This document shows, piece after piece, positions 8,662-18,183 of a stretch of DNA of 64,000 bases. This DNA comes from Betaproteobacteria bacterium. Its GTDB lineage: Bacteria > Pseudomonadota > Gammaproteobacteria > Burkholderiales > Casimicrobiaceae. The translations under genes were made by a program, and so were the position numbers. The number at the start of each line of letters is the position of its first letter. Within the stretch, counting starts at the first letter, position 1. Below the pieces are notes generated by a model. That model was not told the DNA's origin, did no database searches, and saw only the letters and a list, made by a program, of their open reading frames with translations. The stretch spans positions 13,337 to 77,336 of the forward strand of contig JBDTRG010000185.1 in assembly GCA_039931775.1 (NCBI GenBank), read 5' to 3'.

Positions 8662-9028
8662 TGGTGGAGGTGGGCGGAATCGAACCGCCGTCCGGAAGCG
8701 CTAAACAGTCAGGACTACATGCTTAGTCGAGTCATTGTGCTCTCGCCCCGACGCCGTTGACTGACAGACGACGGCAGGACCAGTCACCTAGATTTAGCAC
8801 CTCGCCCAAGTGACCCGGGCGGGCGCGATCGTCCTGAATGTCCTCGCTGTGACAGATTCATCACCCCGGTCGGACGCTACCGGGTGCGAGGTCCGGCGGG
8901 ATTAAGCCGCCAGAGCGTACGTTTCGTCGTTCGCAGTTAAGTTTGCGATTGCAGTAGGATTTACGAGGACCTGCGCCTCGGCATGCCCCGAGCTGCGTTG
9001 CTACCCCCGTCGAAACCAGGTCACCCCC
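8662..9028 (-). ncRNA. ssrA: tmRNA (SsrA)
   Basis: The reverse complement starts GGGGGTGACCTGGTTTCGACGGGG and ends GGCGGTTCGATTCCGCCCACCTCCACCA. The acceptor stem has a G3:U pair. The tag reading frame GCG AAC GAC GAA ACG TAC GCT CTG GCG GCT TAA encodes ANDETYALAA. Confidence 0.95.
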
Positions 9029-9086
9029 GGATGTCGCCGGCGCGTCGCGAATGTTCCCGCGGCGCGTTTCTTGCTCTGGAACACCG

Positions 9087-9095
9087 ATCATACCA
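9087..9095 (-). promoter_or_regulatory. candidate extended -10 element for pre-tmRNA
   Basis: The minus strand reads TGGTATGAT (TGn-TATGAT) about 55-60 nt upstream of the mature 5' end. Motif match only. Confidence 0.3.
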
Positions 9096-9153
9096 CCCGG
9101 TGCTCCCTCGACTACGTGGGGTAGACTCGTCCAGAATCAATACGTTCCGGCGC

Positions 9154-10644
9154 ATGGCCCCAAAAACAATGTCGTCTACAGCCGCAAATCAGCGCATCGT
9201 CCCCGTCATCCTCTCCGGCGGGGCCGGCACGCGGCTTTGGCCGTTGTCGCGCGAGACGGCACCCAAGCCATCGATGCGGCTGCCCGACGGTGAAACGCTG
9301 CTCGCGAAAACCGCGGTGCGCGCGCTGAAACTGCCGGGCGTCTCGGAACTCTTCACCGTCACCAATCGCGAGTACTACTTCCACACGCGGGATGCCTACG
9401 CGGGACTCCCCGGCGGAGCGCCGAAGCGCGCATCGTTCCTGCTCGAACCTTTCGGCCGCAATACGGCACCCGCGGTTGCGCTCGCGGCACTTTGCGTGGA
9501 AATGGCGGGAGCCGGCGAAGCCGTGCTGCTGGTGCTGCCGGCCGACCACCTGGTCCGCGACCAAGCGGCGTTCGCCGCCGCGGTCGCGCAAGGTGTGCGG
9601 CTCGCGCAACGCGGCTCGCTGGTGACGTTCGGGATCGGCCCCACGCATCCGGAGACAGGATTCGGCTACATCGAGTGCGGCGACGCCCTCGCCGGCACCG
9701 CGCCACCGGCGTTTGCGGCGCGCCGGTTCGTCGAGAAGCCGCCGTTCGGCACCGCGCGCGAGTACCTGGTGGCCGGAAATTTTGCCTGGAATTCGGGAAT
9801 GTTCTGTTTCACCTCGACCGCGATCATCGCCGCATTCGCGCGGCACGCGCCCGGGGTGCTCGACGCGGTGCGCCCCATTGCGAAGGCGATCGCCGCCAAG
9901 GGTCTGGGGTCGATACTTGAAATCGACGCCGCGCTTTTCGCCACGGTCCCGGATATCTCGCTGGACTACGCCGTTATGGAAAAGGCGGCCACGGCCGGCG
10001 AGGTCTCGGTCGTTCGCGGAACGTTCGACTGGAGCGACATCGGTTCGTGGCAGGCGGTCGCCGATCTCGAGCCGCCTGACGCACATGGCAATCGCGGACA
10101 GGGCGAGCGCGTTTCGATCGCGACCACTGGCACGTACGTCAACGCCGGCGACCGCCTGGTCGCGACGGTCGGCGTCGAAAACCTCGTCATCGTCGACACG
10201 CCGGATGCATTGCTCGTCGCGCATCGCGACCATCTGCAGCGCGTCAAGGATGTCGTCGGTGAGTTGAAGGCGCGCGGCCACGACGCGTACAAGCTGCACA
10301 AGACGGTCGCGCGGCCCTGGGGCGCCTACACGGTGCTGCAGGAAGGCCCCGGCTTCAAGATCAAGCGGATCGAAGTCAAGTCCGGCGCGTCGCTGTCGCT
10401 GCAACTTCATCACCGCCGGAGCGAACATTGGGTGGTCGTGGCGGGCATCGCCAACGTGACACGCGGCGACGAGACGTTCCGCGTCAACGCGAACGGATCG
10501 ACGTATATCCCGGTCGAAACGAGGCATCGCCTCGAAAATCCCGGGAAAGAGCCGCTGGTGATGATCGAGGTCCAGTGCGGCGATTACCTCGGTGAGGACG
10601 ACATCGTCCGCTTCGACGACAAATACGGGCGCGTGCCCGCATAA
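9154..10644 (+). CDS. manC: mannose-1-phosphate guanylyltransferase / mannose-6-phosphate isomerase
   Basis: PVILSGGAGTRLWPLSRE nucleotidyltransferase loop and a C-terminal cupin (RPWGAYTVL, HHRRSEHWVVVAG). The track ORF start at 8983 overlaps ssrA and is rejected. The real start is the ATG at 9154 or 9169. Confidence 0.9.
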   Translation: MAPKTMSSTAANQRIVPVILSGGAGTRLWPLSRETAPKPSMRLPDGETLLAKTAVRALKLPGVSELFTVTNREYYFHTRDAYAGLPGGAPKRASFLLEPFGRNTAPAVALAALCVEMAGAGEAVLLVLPADHLVRDQAAFAAAVAQGVRLAQRGSLVTFGIGPTHPETGFGYIECGDALAGTAPPAFAARRFVEKPPFGTAREYLVAGNFAWNSGMFCFTSTAIIAAFARHAPGVLDAVRPIAKAIAAKGLGSILEIDAALFATVPDISLDYAVMEKAATAGEVSVVRGTFDWSDIGSWQAVADLEPPDAHGNRGQGERVSIATTGTYVNAGDRLVATVGVENLVIVDTPDALLVAHRDHLQRVKDVVGELKARGHDAYKLHKTVARPWGAYTVLQEGPGFKIKRIEVKSGASLSLQLHHRRSEHWVVVAGIANVTRGDETFRVNANGSTYIPVETRHRLENPGKEPLVMIEVQCGDYLGEDDIVRFDDKYGRVPA

Positions 10645-10737
10645 AAGTAGGGTCAGACTCGACTTATCAAGGTTGCGGCAAGCGCCCATCCACGTCCGAT
10701 GGCCAGGCGATGAAAAGTCGAGTCTGACCCTACTTTT
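10643..10737. repeat. 95-bp element with 23-bp perfect terminal inverted repeats (REP/MITE-like or bidirectional terminator)
   Basis: AAAAGTAGGGTCAGACTCGACTT (10643-10665) and its exact reverse complement AAGTCGAGTCTGACCCTACTTTT (10715-10737). The arms extend to about 27 bp with one mismatch. The manC TAA and the TGA of the convergent gene both overlap the arm ends. Confidence 0.8.
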
Positions 10738-10952
10738 CAGGCGGAAACGTCGGGGTCGATCTGCCGCTCGAGCCAGGCGATCTTGTCCTTCAGCAGGAGC
10801 TTGCGGCGCTTCAGGCGCGTCACCTGGAGTTCGTCGCGCGTCGGGTCGCCGACCAGGCGCTGGATCACGGCATCGAGATCGCGATGCTCGACCTGCAGCG
10901 CGACGAGGCGCTGCATCAGCGCGACGCGGTCCGCGTTGCCGATGTCGACCAT
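10737..10952 (-). CDS. DUF465 (YdcH-like) small protein
   Basis: Lies in track ORF 10737..11102. An internal start gives the 71-aa protein MVDIGNADRVALMQRLVALQVEHRDLDAVI...LQVTRLKRRKLLLKDKIAWLERQI, the typical DUF465 coiled-coil signature. Confidence 0.6.
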   Translation of the reverse strand: MVDIGNADRVALMQRLVALQVEHRDLDAVIQRLVGDPTRDELQVTRLKRRKLLLKDKIAWLERQIDPDVSA

Positions 10953-10989
10953 CAGTCCGTCAACGTGCCCATCGTGCGTCGCGCCCCGG

Positions 10990-11925
10990 TTAGTCGACGC
11001 CCGCCGGCAACGGCGCCGAACGGCGTCCGAGCCGGCTGGTGATCGCAATTCCCGACAGGATAAGCGCAATGCCCGCGATGTGAAACGGGGCGAGCCGCTC
11101 ACCGAGGACGATCCAGGCGAGCAGGACCCCGAAAGCAGGCATCAGGTGGACGAAGAGCCCAGCGACGCTGGCGCCGACCTTCGCGACGCCGTAATTCCAG
11201 AAGATATAGGCGAGCACCGACGAAAAAAGCGCGACTGACAGGATGGCCACAACATTCACGAGCGTCACCACCATGTGCCGGCCGAAGGCGAGCTCGGCGA
11301 TAAAGAGCGGCAGCACGGCGAGATCGCCGATGACCACCAGCACGAACAGGAAGGTCAACATGGAGAGCCCCGCCGGCCGCCACCGCAGGCAGATCGTGTA
11401 GATCGACCACAACGCCATCGACATGATCACGAAGAGGTCACCGCGATTGAGCGTCAGCGACAGGAAGTTTTCCACGCTGCCCTTCGACAGGATGGCGAGG
11501 ACTCCCGCCAGCGAGACGCCGACGCCCACGAGTTGCAGCGGCGAAAGGCGCTCGTGCAGAAAGATCCACGACATCGCGATGATCATCACCGGAATGAACG
11601 AATTCAGGATGAGGCCGTTGGTCGCCGTCGTGTAGTTGAGGCCGAGGTAGGCGAGCGCGTTGTGCATGCCCACGCCGACCACGCCGAGGAAAACCATGAC
11701 CTTCCAATTGCGGCGGACGATCGGCCACTCGCGACGAAGGTGCGGCCAGGCGAAGGGCGCCAGCATCAGCACCGCGGCGAACCAGCGGAAAAACGTCATC
11801 GCCATCGGCGGCACATCGCCAGCCAACCCGCGGCCGACGATCCAGTTGCACGACCAGAATAACGGCGTCAGCGTCAGCAACAGATAGGGGTTTGCACCGC
11901 GAAATCCTGAAGCCGTAGTCGACAC
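10990..11925 (-). CDS. DMT-superfamily (EamA/RhaT) transporter
   Basis: About ten predicted TM helices arranged as two EamA-like halves. Confidence 0.85.
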   Translation of the reverse strand: MSTTASGFRGANPYLLLTLTPLFWSCNWIVGRGLAGDVPPMAMTFFRWFAAVLMLAPFAWPHLRREWPIVRRNWKVMVFLGVVGVGMHNALAYLGLNYTTATNGLILNSFIPVMIIAMSWIFLHERLSPLQLVGVGVSLAGVLAILSKGSVENFLSLTLNRGDLFVIMSMALWSIYTICLRWRPAGLSMLTFLFVLVVIGDLAVLPLFIAELAFGRHMVVTLVNVVAILSVALFSSVLAYIFWNYGVAKVGASVAGLFVHLMPAFGVLLAWIVLGERLAPFHIAGIALILSGIAITSRLGRRSAPLPAGVD

Positions 11926-11975
11926 AATCGAATTATCTCACGCCACCCCGCGTATAATCCGCGATCGATTCGCAG

Positions 11976-14900
11976 TTGCACGTGCCGCCGGCCAACATCG
12001 CCGTCGGGCCGGCGGCTGCGGCGGCCGCAGCGTCATCCGACGCCTCCGGCGCCGCAGCGGACACTAACGCCGCCGCGCCCGCGACCTCCAATCCCGCCGC
12101 GACCATTTCGATGCTCGCGACGTTGCCCCCGCTCGTCCCGCGATTGCCGTCCGCGGGCCAAAAGGTCCGTGCCCAAGCGCTCAAGGGTTCCGCCGATGCC
12201 CTCGCGCTCGCGCAGCTCGCCGAAGTCTGCGCCGCCGAAAAGCGCATGCTCGTCGTCGTCAGCGCCGATGCGCTGGCCGCGCAGCGCATCGCCGATGAGC
12301 TTCCGTGGTTCTTGCCCGGGCGCAACGTCGCGCTGCTGCCCGATTGGGAAACGCTCCCGTACGATCACTTCTCGCCGCACCAGGACCTGGTGTCGCAGCG
12401 CCTCGCGACGCTCTACCATGCCTCCCGCGGCGAATGCGACGTGCTGGTCGTCGCGGCCACCACGGCGCTGTACCGGCTCGCGCCGCCCGACTACCTGGCG
12501 GCGTTCACGTTCTTCCTGAACCAGGGCACGCGACTCGACGTCGACGCGTTGCGCGCTCAGCTGGCGCTCGCCGGCTATCAGCACGTGACGCAAGTCGTCT
12601 CGCCGGGTGAATTCAGCGTGCGCGGCGGGCTCATCGACCTCTTTCCGATGGGGAGCCCATTGCCCTACCGGCTCGATCTCTTCGGCGACGACATCGAAAC
12701 CATCAAGACTTTCGACGCCGATACGCAGCGCACTCTCTATCCGGTACCGGAGGTCCGCCTGCTACCGGCGCGCGAGTTCCCCGTCGACGAAGCGGGACGC
12801 ACGCGCTTTCGCAGCCGGTACCGTGAAGTGTTCGAAGGGGACCCGCAACGCTCGCCGCTGTACAAGGACGTGAGCAACGGCGTGATGCCGGGGGGAATCG
12901 AGTATTACCTTCCGTTGTTCTTCGACAAGACGGCAACCTTCGCCGACTATCTTCCGCAGAATGCGGTGATCGCGCTCGTCGGCGACGTGACGAGGTCCGT
13001 CGAGCGGTTCTGGCAGGACACCGAATCGCGCTACAAGCTTCTGCGCGGCGACCACGCGCGCCCGCTGCTGCAGCCACCGGCCGTCTTCCTGCCGCCCGAC
13101 GCCTTCAACGCATCGTTGAAAGCGCATGCGCGCGTCGAGATTCCGTCGGAGGCAACCGACGCCTCGGTTCCCGGCGAATCTCGCGGCGCCGTCACCCTCC
13201 CGTCGGTGCAGGTCGACCGGCGCGCCGACGACCCGCTCGCTGCCCTCAAGCGCTATCTTGCGACGGGCGACGCGCACGTGCTGATCTGCGCCGAAAGCCC
13301 GGGCCGGCGCGAGACGATGCAGCAATACTTCGCCGAGTACGGTCTTCGCGTGCCGCTCGTCGACGACTGGCGTTCGGGCATTGCGGGCGCCACGGGCTGC
13401 GCGCTCGTCGTCTCGCCGCTGGCCACCGGCTTTGCCTGGCCCGCCGCGAAGCTCGCGTTCGTCACCGAGGCGGAGCTCTACGCGGGGGTGGTCCGACGCG
13501 GAAAGCGCGACGCCGCCCGACGCTCGAACGTCGATGCGATGCTTCGCGACCTCTCCGAGGTGCGTATCGGCGACCCCGTGGTCCACGAGCAGCACGGCAT
13601 CGGACGCTACCTGGGCCTCGTCACGATGAATCTCGGCGAAGGACCGGCCGAATTCCTGCAACTCGTTTACGCGAACGACGCGAAGCTCTACGTTCCGGTC
13701 GCGAACCTCCACCTGATCGGGCGCTACAGCGGCGCGGCGCCGGACGCGGCACCGCTGCACGAGCTCGGCAGCAACCAGTGGGACAAGGCGAAAAAGCGCG
13801 CGGCGCGCCAGGCGCACGACACGGCCGCCGAACTCCTCAATCTGTATGCGCAGCGCGCCGCGCGCACGGGACGGGCGTTCGCGTTCAACCAGCACGACTA
13901 CGATGCGTTCGCCGAAGGATTCGCCTTCGAGGAGACGCCTGACCAGCAGGCGGCGATCGAGGCGGTCATCAAGGACCTTGCGGACGGCAAGCCGATGGAT
14001 CGGCTCGTCTGCGGCGACGTCGGCTTCGGCAAGACAGAGGTCGCGCTGCGCGCGGCGTTCGTGGCCCTCGCCGAGGGCGCGCAGGTCGCGGTGCTCGTGC
14101 CGACGACGCTCCTCGCCGAGCAGCACTTCCAGGTGTTCTCCGACCGTTTCGCCGATCTGCCGGTCAAGCTCGTCGAATTGTCCCGATTCCGCACCGCCAA
14201 GGAAGTGAAGGCCGCGGTCGCCGGCCTTGCCGCCGGCACGATCGACCTCGTGATCGGCACGCACAAGCTGATCCAGGCGGACGTCAAGTTCAAGGATCTC
14301 GGCCTCGTCATCATCGACGAGGAGCACCGGTTCGGCGTCCGGCAGAAAGAGCAGCTCAAGCGACTGCGCGCCGAGGTCGACGTGCTTACGCTCACCGCCA
14401 CGCCGATCCCGCGCACGCTCGCCATGTCGCTGGAGGGTATCCGCGATTTTTCGGTCATCGCCACCGCGCCGCAGCGCCGACTCGCCATCAAGACGTTCGT
14501 GTCGACGTACTCGCGAGGAATCATCCGCGAGGCGGTGCTGCGCGAGTTGAAACGCGGCGGGCAGATCTACTTCCTGCACAACGACATCGACACGATCAAC
14601 ACGACGGCGGAACGGCTCGCGCAACTCCTGCCCGAGGCGCGCATCGCGATCGCGCACGGCCAGATGGGCGAGCGCGACCTCGAGCATGTGATGCGCGAGT
14701 TCTACGCGCAGCGCGTCAATCTGCTGCTGTGCTCGACGATCATCGAGAGCGGAATCGACGTGCCGACGGCGAACACGATCATCATCGAGCGCGCCGACCG
14801 CTTCGGTCTCGCCCAATTGCACCAGTTGCGCGGGCGCGTGGGCCGATCGCATCATCAGGCCTATGCATACCTGCTGACCCCGCCCGAGGAAGCGCTGTCG

Positions 14901-15560
14901 GTGCAGGCGAAGAAGCGCCTCGAGGCGATCCAGATGATGGAGGACCTCGGCGCGGGATTTTTCCTCGCGATGCACGACCTCGAGATCCGCGGCGCGGGCG
15001 AAGTGCTGGGCGAGTCGCAGTCCGGTGAAATGCAGGAAGTCGGATTCCAGCTGTACGCGGATATGCTGAGGGCGGCGGTCTCGGCGCTCAAAGCGGGCCG
15101 CGAGCCGGATCTGTCCGCACCGCTCGGTGTGGCCACGGAAATAAACCTGCACGTGCCCACGCTTCTGCCCGCGAGCTATTGCAGCGACGTCCACGAGCGG
15201 CTCGTCCTCTACAAGCGGTTCGCGAACTGCGAAACGGCCGACGACCTCGAGAGGATGCAGGAGGAACTCGTCGACCGCTTCGGCTCGCCGCCCGAGCCGG
15301 CGCAAGCGCTGATCGCGTGTCACCGCTTGCGCCTCGTCGCAAAACCGAAGGGCGTGGCCAAGGTCGATGCCGGCCCCGAGCGCAGCACGCTGCAGTTCGT
15401 CAAGGAGCCTTCGTTCGATGCCGCATCGCTGGTCGCGATCATCAAGAACGACGGACGCGTTCGATTCGCAGGACCCGATCGAATACGCATCGAACGCGCC
15501 GCGCCGGCGCTGGCCGACCGCGTGGCGCTGGTGAAGGAATTCCTGGCCCGCCTCAAATGA
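11976..15560 (+). CDS. mfd: transcription-repair coupling factor
   Basis: Walker A DRLVCGDVGFGKTEVA, DEEH box, and the CarD/TRG regions. The poly-Ala N-terminus of the track ORF is doubtful. A start at MLATLPPLVP (about 12111) gives a canonical 1149 aa. Confidence 0.9.
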   Translation: MHVPPANIAVGPAAAAAAASSDASGAAADTNAAAPATSNPAATISMLATLPPLVPRLPSAGQKVRAQALKGSADALALAQLAEVCAAEKRMLVVVSADALAAQRIADELPWFLPGRNVALLPDWETLPYDHFSPHQDLVSQRLATLYHASRGECDVLVVAATTALYRLAPPDYLAAFTFFLNQGTRLDVDALRAQLALAGYQHVTQVVSPGEFSVRGGLIDLFPMGSPLPYRLDLFGDDIETIKTFDADTQRTLYPVPEVRLLPAREFPVDEAGRTRFRSRYREVFEGDPQRSPLYKDVSNGVMPGGIEYYLPLFFDKTATFADYLPQNAVIALVGDVTRSVERFWQDTESRYKLLRGDHARPLLQPPAVFLPPDAFNASLKAHARVEIPSEATDASVPGESRGAVTLPSVQVDRRADDPLAALKRYLATGDAHVLICAESPGRRETMQQYFAEYGLRVPLVDDWRSGIAGATGCALVVSPLATGFAWPAAKLAFVTEAELYAGVVRRGKRDAARRSNVDAMLRDLSEVRIGDPVVHEQHGIGRYLGLVTMNLGEGPAEFLQLVYANDAKLYVPVANLHLIGRYSGAAPDAAPLHELGSNQWDKAKKRAARQAHDTAAELLNLYAQRAARTGRAFAFNQHDYDAFAEGFAFEETPDQQAAIEAVIKDLADGKPMDRLVCGDVGFGKTEVALRAAFVALAEGAQVAVLVPTTLLAEQHFQVFSDRFADLPVKLVELSRFRTAKEVKAAVAGLAAGTIDLVIGTHKLIQADVKFKDLGLVIIDEEHRFGVRQKEQLKRLRAEVDVLTLTATPIPRTLAMSLEGIRDFSVIATAPQRRLAIKTFVSTYSRGIIREAVLRELKRGGQIYFLHNDIDTINTTAERLAQLLPEARIAIAHGQMGERDLEHVMREFYAQRVNLLLCSTIIESGIDVPTANTIIIERADRFGLAQLHQLRGRVGRSHHQAYAYLLTPPEEALSVQAKKRLEAIQMMEDLGAGFFLAMHDLEIRGAGEVLGESQSGEMQEVGFQLYADMLRAAVSALKAGREPDLSAPLGVATEINLHVPTLLPASYCSDVHERLVLYKRFANCETADDLERMQEELVDRFGSPPEPAQALIACHRLRLVAKPKGVAKVDAGPERSTLQFVKEPSFDAASLVAIIKNDGRVRFAGPDRIRIERAAPALADRVALVKEFLARLK

Positions 15561-16495
15561 CGACCCCCGTCGCCGCGGACCGATTTCCTCCGCAGCTCCA
15601 CGTGTTCGTCCGGGACTGGCTTTCGGCGAACAACATCCTGCTGAAGAGCCGCGAGGGCCACGTGCTGATCGACTCCGGCTACACGCGCCACGCGCCGCTT
15701 ACGCTTGCGTTGCTCGCATCGCCGCGAGGCCTGGGCGAGGCCCCGCTGGCGTTGCTCGTCAACACCCATTGCCACGCGGATCACGTCGGCGGCAACGCGG
15801 CGATCGTCAAACGGTACGCCTGCCCCGTCGCCGTGCCGGCCGCGGAAGCGCCGCTCGTCGAGCGCTGGGACGGGAAGGCGCTGCTCTACGACTACTGCGA
15901 CCAGCGGATCGATCGTTTCTCCGTCGACCGCGGCCTCGTCCCCGACACGTCCTATGTCTGGGGCGACCTCGAGTGGCAGGCGCTCGCTGCGCCGGGCCAC
16001 GACATGGGAGCGCTCGTTTATTACAACGCGGCAAACGGCATCCTGATCTCCGGCGACGCGCTGTGGGAGCATGGATTCGGCTTCGTGATGCCGCCGGAAG
16101 TCGATCCAGCGGCGCTGCCCGCAACGCGCGCGACGCTCGACCTGCTTGCCCACCTCGACATCCAGGTCGTGATTCCCGGTCACGGCGAACCGTTCACCGG
16201 GATCGAAGCGGCGCTCGACCGGGCGTGGACCCGTCTCAACGCCTTCGAAGCCGACAGCCTTCGCGTCGCCCGCCACGCGCTCAAGGTCAACCTGATGTTT
16301 TCGCTGCTCGATCGGCAGCGCATGGCGGTCGCCGATATGCCCGAGTATATGGAGCGTGTCGGCATCTATCGCGAATTCAACGCCCTGTTTTTCCGGATGC
16401 GTCCGGCAGACCTCGCCGCGCTGCTCATCGGCGAATTGGACAGATCCGGCGCCGCGAGGGTGAGCGACGGATGGCTCGAGCCGGCCCCCGCCTGA
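15557..16495 (+). CDS. MBL-fold metallo-hydrolase
   Basis: HCHADHVGG motif. The ATG overlaps the mfd TGA (ATGA). The true start is MTTPVAADR inside track ORF 15179..16495. Confidence 0.85.
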   Translation: MTTPVAADRFPPQLHVFVRDWLSANNILLKSREGHVLIDSGYTRHAPLTLALLASPRGLGEAPLALLVNTHCHADHVGGNAAIVKRYACPVAVPAAEAPLVERWDGKALLYDYCDQRIDRFSVDRGLVPDTSYVWGDLEWQALAAPGHDMGALVYYNAANGILISGDALWEHGFGFVMPPEVDPAALPATRATLDLLAHLDIQVVIPGHGEPFTGIEAALDRAWTRLNAFEADSLRVARHALKVNLMFSLLDRQRMAVADMPEYMERVGIYREFNALFFRMRPADLAALLIGELDRSGAARVSDGWLEPAPA

Positions 16496-16668
16496 TTTCG
16501 ATAGAATGGCGGGCCGCGGCCGGTGTCGACGGGCCATCGAACGGAATGTTCTAGATTCTCGTCGTGTTCACTTTGGATTCGCCGCTGTGCCTCCTGATCG
16601 TATCCCGCCCTCGACATGAACCTTGATCCCGTCATCCCTACGCTGATGCCCGCAACACCGTCAGGGTC

Positions 16669-17490
16669 ATGCTAGCGCTCGCCGATCATCCCGCCGTCCA
16701 GGGCGGCGTCGCGCCGCTCATCGTTGCGCTGGTGGTAGCCGTCGCGCTTGCCCGAACGCGGTTCGCCTGGCTCGCGATCGTCGCCGGCTACGCGACGATG
16801 GTCGCGCTTTCGACCGGCTTTTCGTTTTCGCCGCTGACCGTTGCGCGCAAGACGGTGCTGCTCGGCCTCGCCGCCCCGCTCATCGGTATCGCGATCGATC
16901 TCGGGCCGCGACCGTCGCGCGCGATGATGACGGCGCTCGCCGTCGCCGCCGGCGTGGCGTCGATCTGGGTATTCATGTCGATCCTGACGCAGCGCGATAC
17001 GTTGAAAGGCATCGCTGCGGGCGGCGGCATCGCCGTGTTCGTCGCGTTGCTCGTCGTGTCGACGTTGCGTCTGCGCGATGACGGCCTGCGCGGCGGCGCG
17101 GCCGGCCTCGGGCTCGGACTCGCCACGGGTATCGCCGGCGTGTTGTCGGCGTCGATCGGATATCTGGTCGCGGGGGTGTCGATCGCCGCCGGCGCCGGGG
17201 CACTGCTGCTCGTCCAGGTCCTCCTTTCGCGCAAGATCGCACCCGGCGTCATCGGCATGCTTCCTGTCGGCCTGCTCACCGCGCTCTTCGCCGCCGGCGC
17301 GTTGATGCTGGCGGAGCTGCCGTGGTACGCATTGCCGCTGCTGCTGCTCGTTCCGCTGGCAGTCACGTTGCGCGCCCCCGAGCGAGCGCCGATCATCGTG
17401 CGCGCCGCCGTGCTTGCCGGATACTCGCTCGTCGCCGCTGCCGTCCCCATCCTAGCCGCGTGGTACGCCGCGCGCGGATCATTGTCGTGA
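16669..17490 (+). CDS. polytopic membrane protein, hypothetical
   Basis: Ala/Leu/Val-rich with 7-8 hydrophobic segments. It lies directly upstream of yceI. Confidence 0.6.
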   Translation: MLALADHPAVQGGVAPLIVALVVAVALARTRFAWLAIVAGYATMVALSTGFSFSPLTVARKTVLLGLAAPLIGIAIDLGPRPSRAMMTALAVAAGVASIWVFMSILTQRDTLKGIAAGGGIAVFVALLVVSTLRLRDDGLRGGAAGLGLGLATGIAGVLSASIGYLVAGVSIAAGAGALLLVQVLLSRKIAPGVIGMLPVGLLTALFAAGALMLAELPWYALPLLLLVPLAVTLRAPERAPIIVRAAVLAGYSLVAAAVPILAAWYAARGSLS

Positions 17491-17509
17491 ACCATCCACC
17501 CAGGAGATC

Positions 17510-18100
17510 GTGATGTCGAAGTCGCTTGCCCTGTTGTTTCTCGCCGCCGTTCCCTACACCGCCGCGGCAGCGCCGGAAAGCTTCACCGTCGACCCGATGC
17601 ATTCGTCGGTGAACTTCGCCATCGACTATGGCGGGCTCAACATCATCTACGGCAAGTTCACGAAGTTCGGCGCGAAGTTCACGATGGACCGCGCGGCCAA
17701 GACCGGTTCGGTCGACGTAACGATCGAGACCGCGTCGGTCGACTCGGGAGACAGCGACAAGGGCAGCCGCCCGCGCTCGCGCGACGACCACTTGCGCACG
17801 GCCGACTTCTTCAACGCCGCCGAATTTCCCCGGATGACCTACAAGTCGAGCCGGGTCGTCTTCACCGGAGACAATCCGTCCGCCATCGAAGGCAGCCTGA
17901 CGCTGCTCGGCGTGACGAAGCCCGTCGCGTTGACGATCGAGCGCTTCAAGTGCAACCCGGCGACGGCAACCGCAAAGGAACGCTGCGGTACCGTTGCGGT
18001 CGGCAAGTTCAAGCGCTCCGAATTCGGGATGACCCGGGGTATTCCGACCATCAACGACGAGGTCGCCTTGACGATCAGCGTCCAGGGCATCCTCGACTGA
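17510..18100 (+). CDS. YceI-family periplasmic polyisoprenoid-binding protein
   Basis: Signal peptide followed by FTVDPMHSSVNF...HLRTADFFNAAEFP...G.LTLLGVTKPV, the typical YceI signature. Confidence 0.9.
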   Translation: MMSKSLALLFLAAVPYTAAAAPESFTVDPMHSSVNFAIDYGGLNIIYGKFTKFGAKFTMDRAAKTGSVDVTIETASVDSGDSDKGSRPRSRDDHLRTADFFNAAEFPRMTYKSSRVVFTGDNPSAIEGSLTLLGVTKPVALTIERFKCNPATATAKERCGTVAVGKFKRSEFGMTRGIPTINDEVALTISVQGILD

Positions 18101-18123
18101 TAGCGCTTCGCGGACACGCTGGA

Positions 18124-18157
18124 GTCGTGGAGTCCGGCTGGGGCCGGATTCCACGAC
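18124..18157. terminator. strong hairpin between convergent yceI and marC-family genes
   Basis: GTCGTGGA-G-TCCGGC-TGGG-GCCGGA-T-TCCACGAC, a 14-bp interrupted stem. Confidence 0.5.
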
Positions 18158-18183
18158 GGGCGATGTTTGCCGCAGTCCCACGA

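Noticed and set aside
8983-9153. N-terminal 57-62 codons of the track ORF for manC
   Set aside because: This part overlaps the 5' end of the tmRNA gene and its promoter. The conserved ManC N-terminus (VPVILSGGAGTRLWP) starts only after the ATGs at 9154 and 9169.
11976-12110. Poly-Ala/Ser N-terminal extension of Mfd as a novel domain
   Set aside because: The low-complexity GC-rich stretch lies upstream of an in-frame Met (MLATLPPLVP) that gives a canonical-length Mfd. It is more likely 5' UTR than protein. I kept the long coordinates but flagged the alternative start.
12762-15323. 853-aa minus-strand ORF antisense to mfd
   Set aside because: It is Arg/Glu/Asp-rich with no motifs, and it overlaps a gene with unmistakable Mfd signatures. 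The same reasoning applies to similar long antisense or off-frame ORFs at 19461-22313, 27509-29689, 27555-29696, 17393-18838, 35745-37424, 37372-38673, 45957-47669, 46058-47893, 48211-49617, 51880-53820 and 61947-63584.
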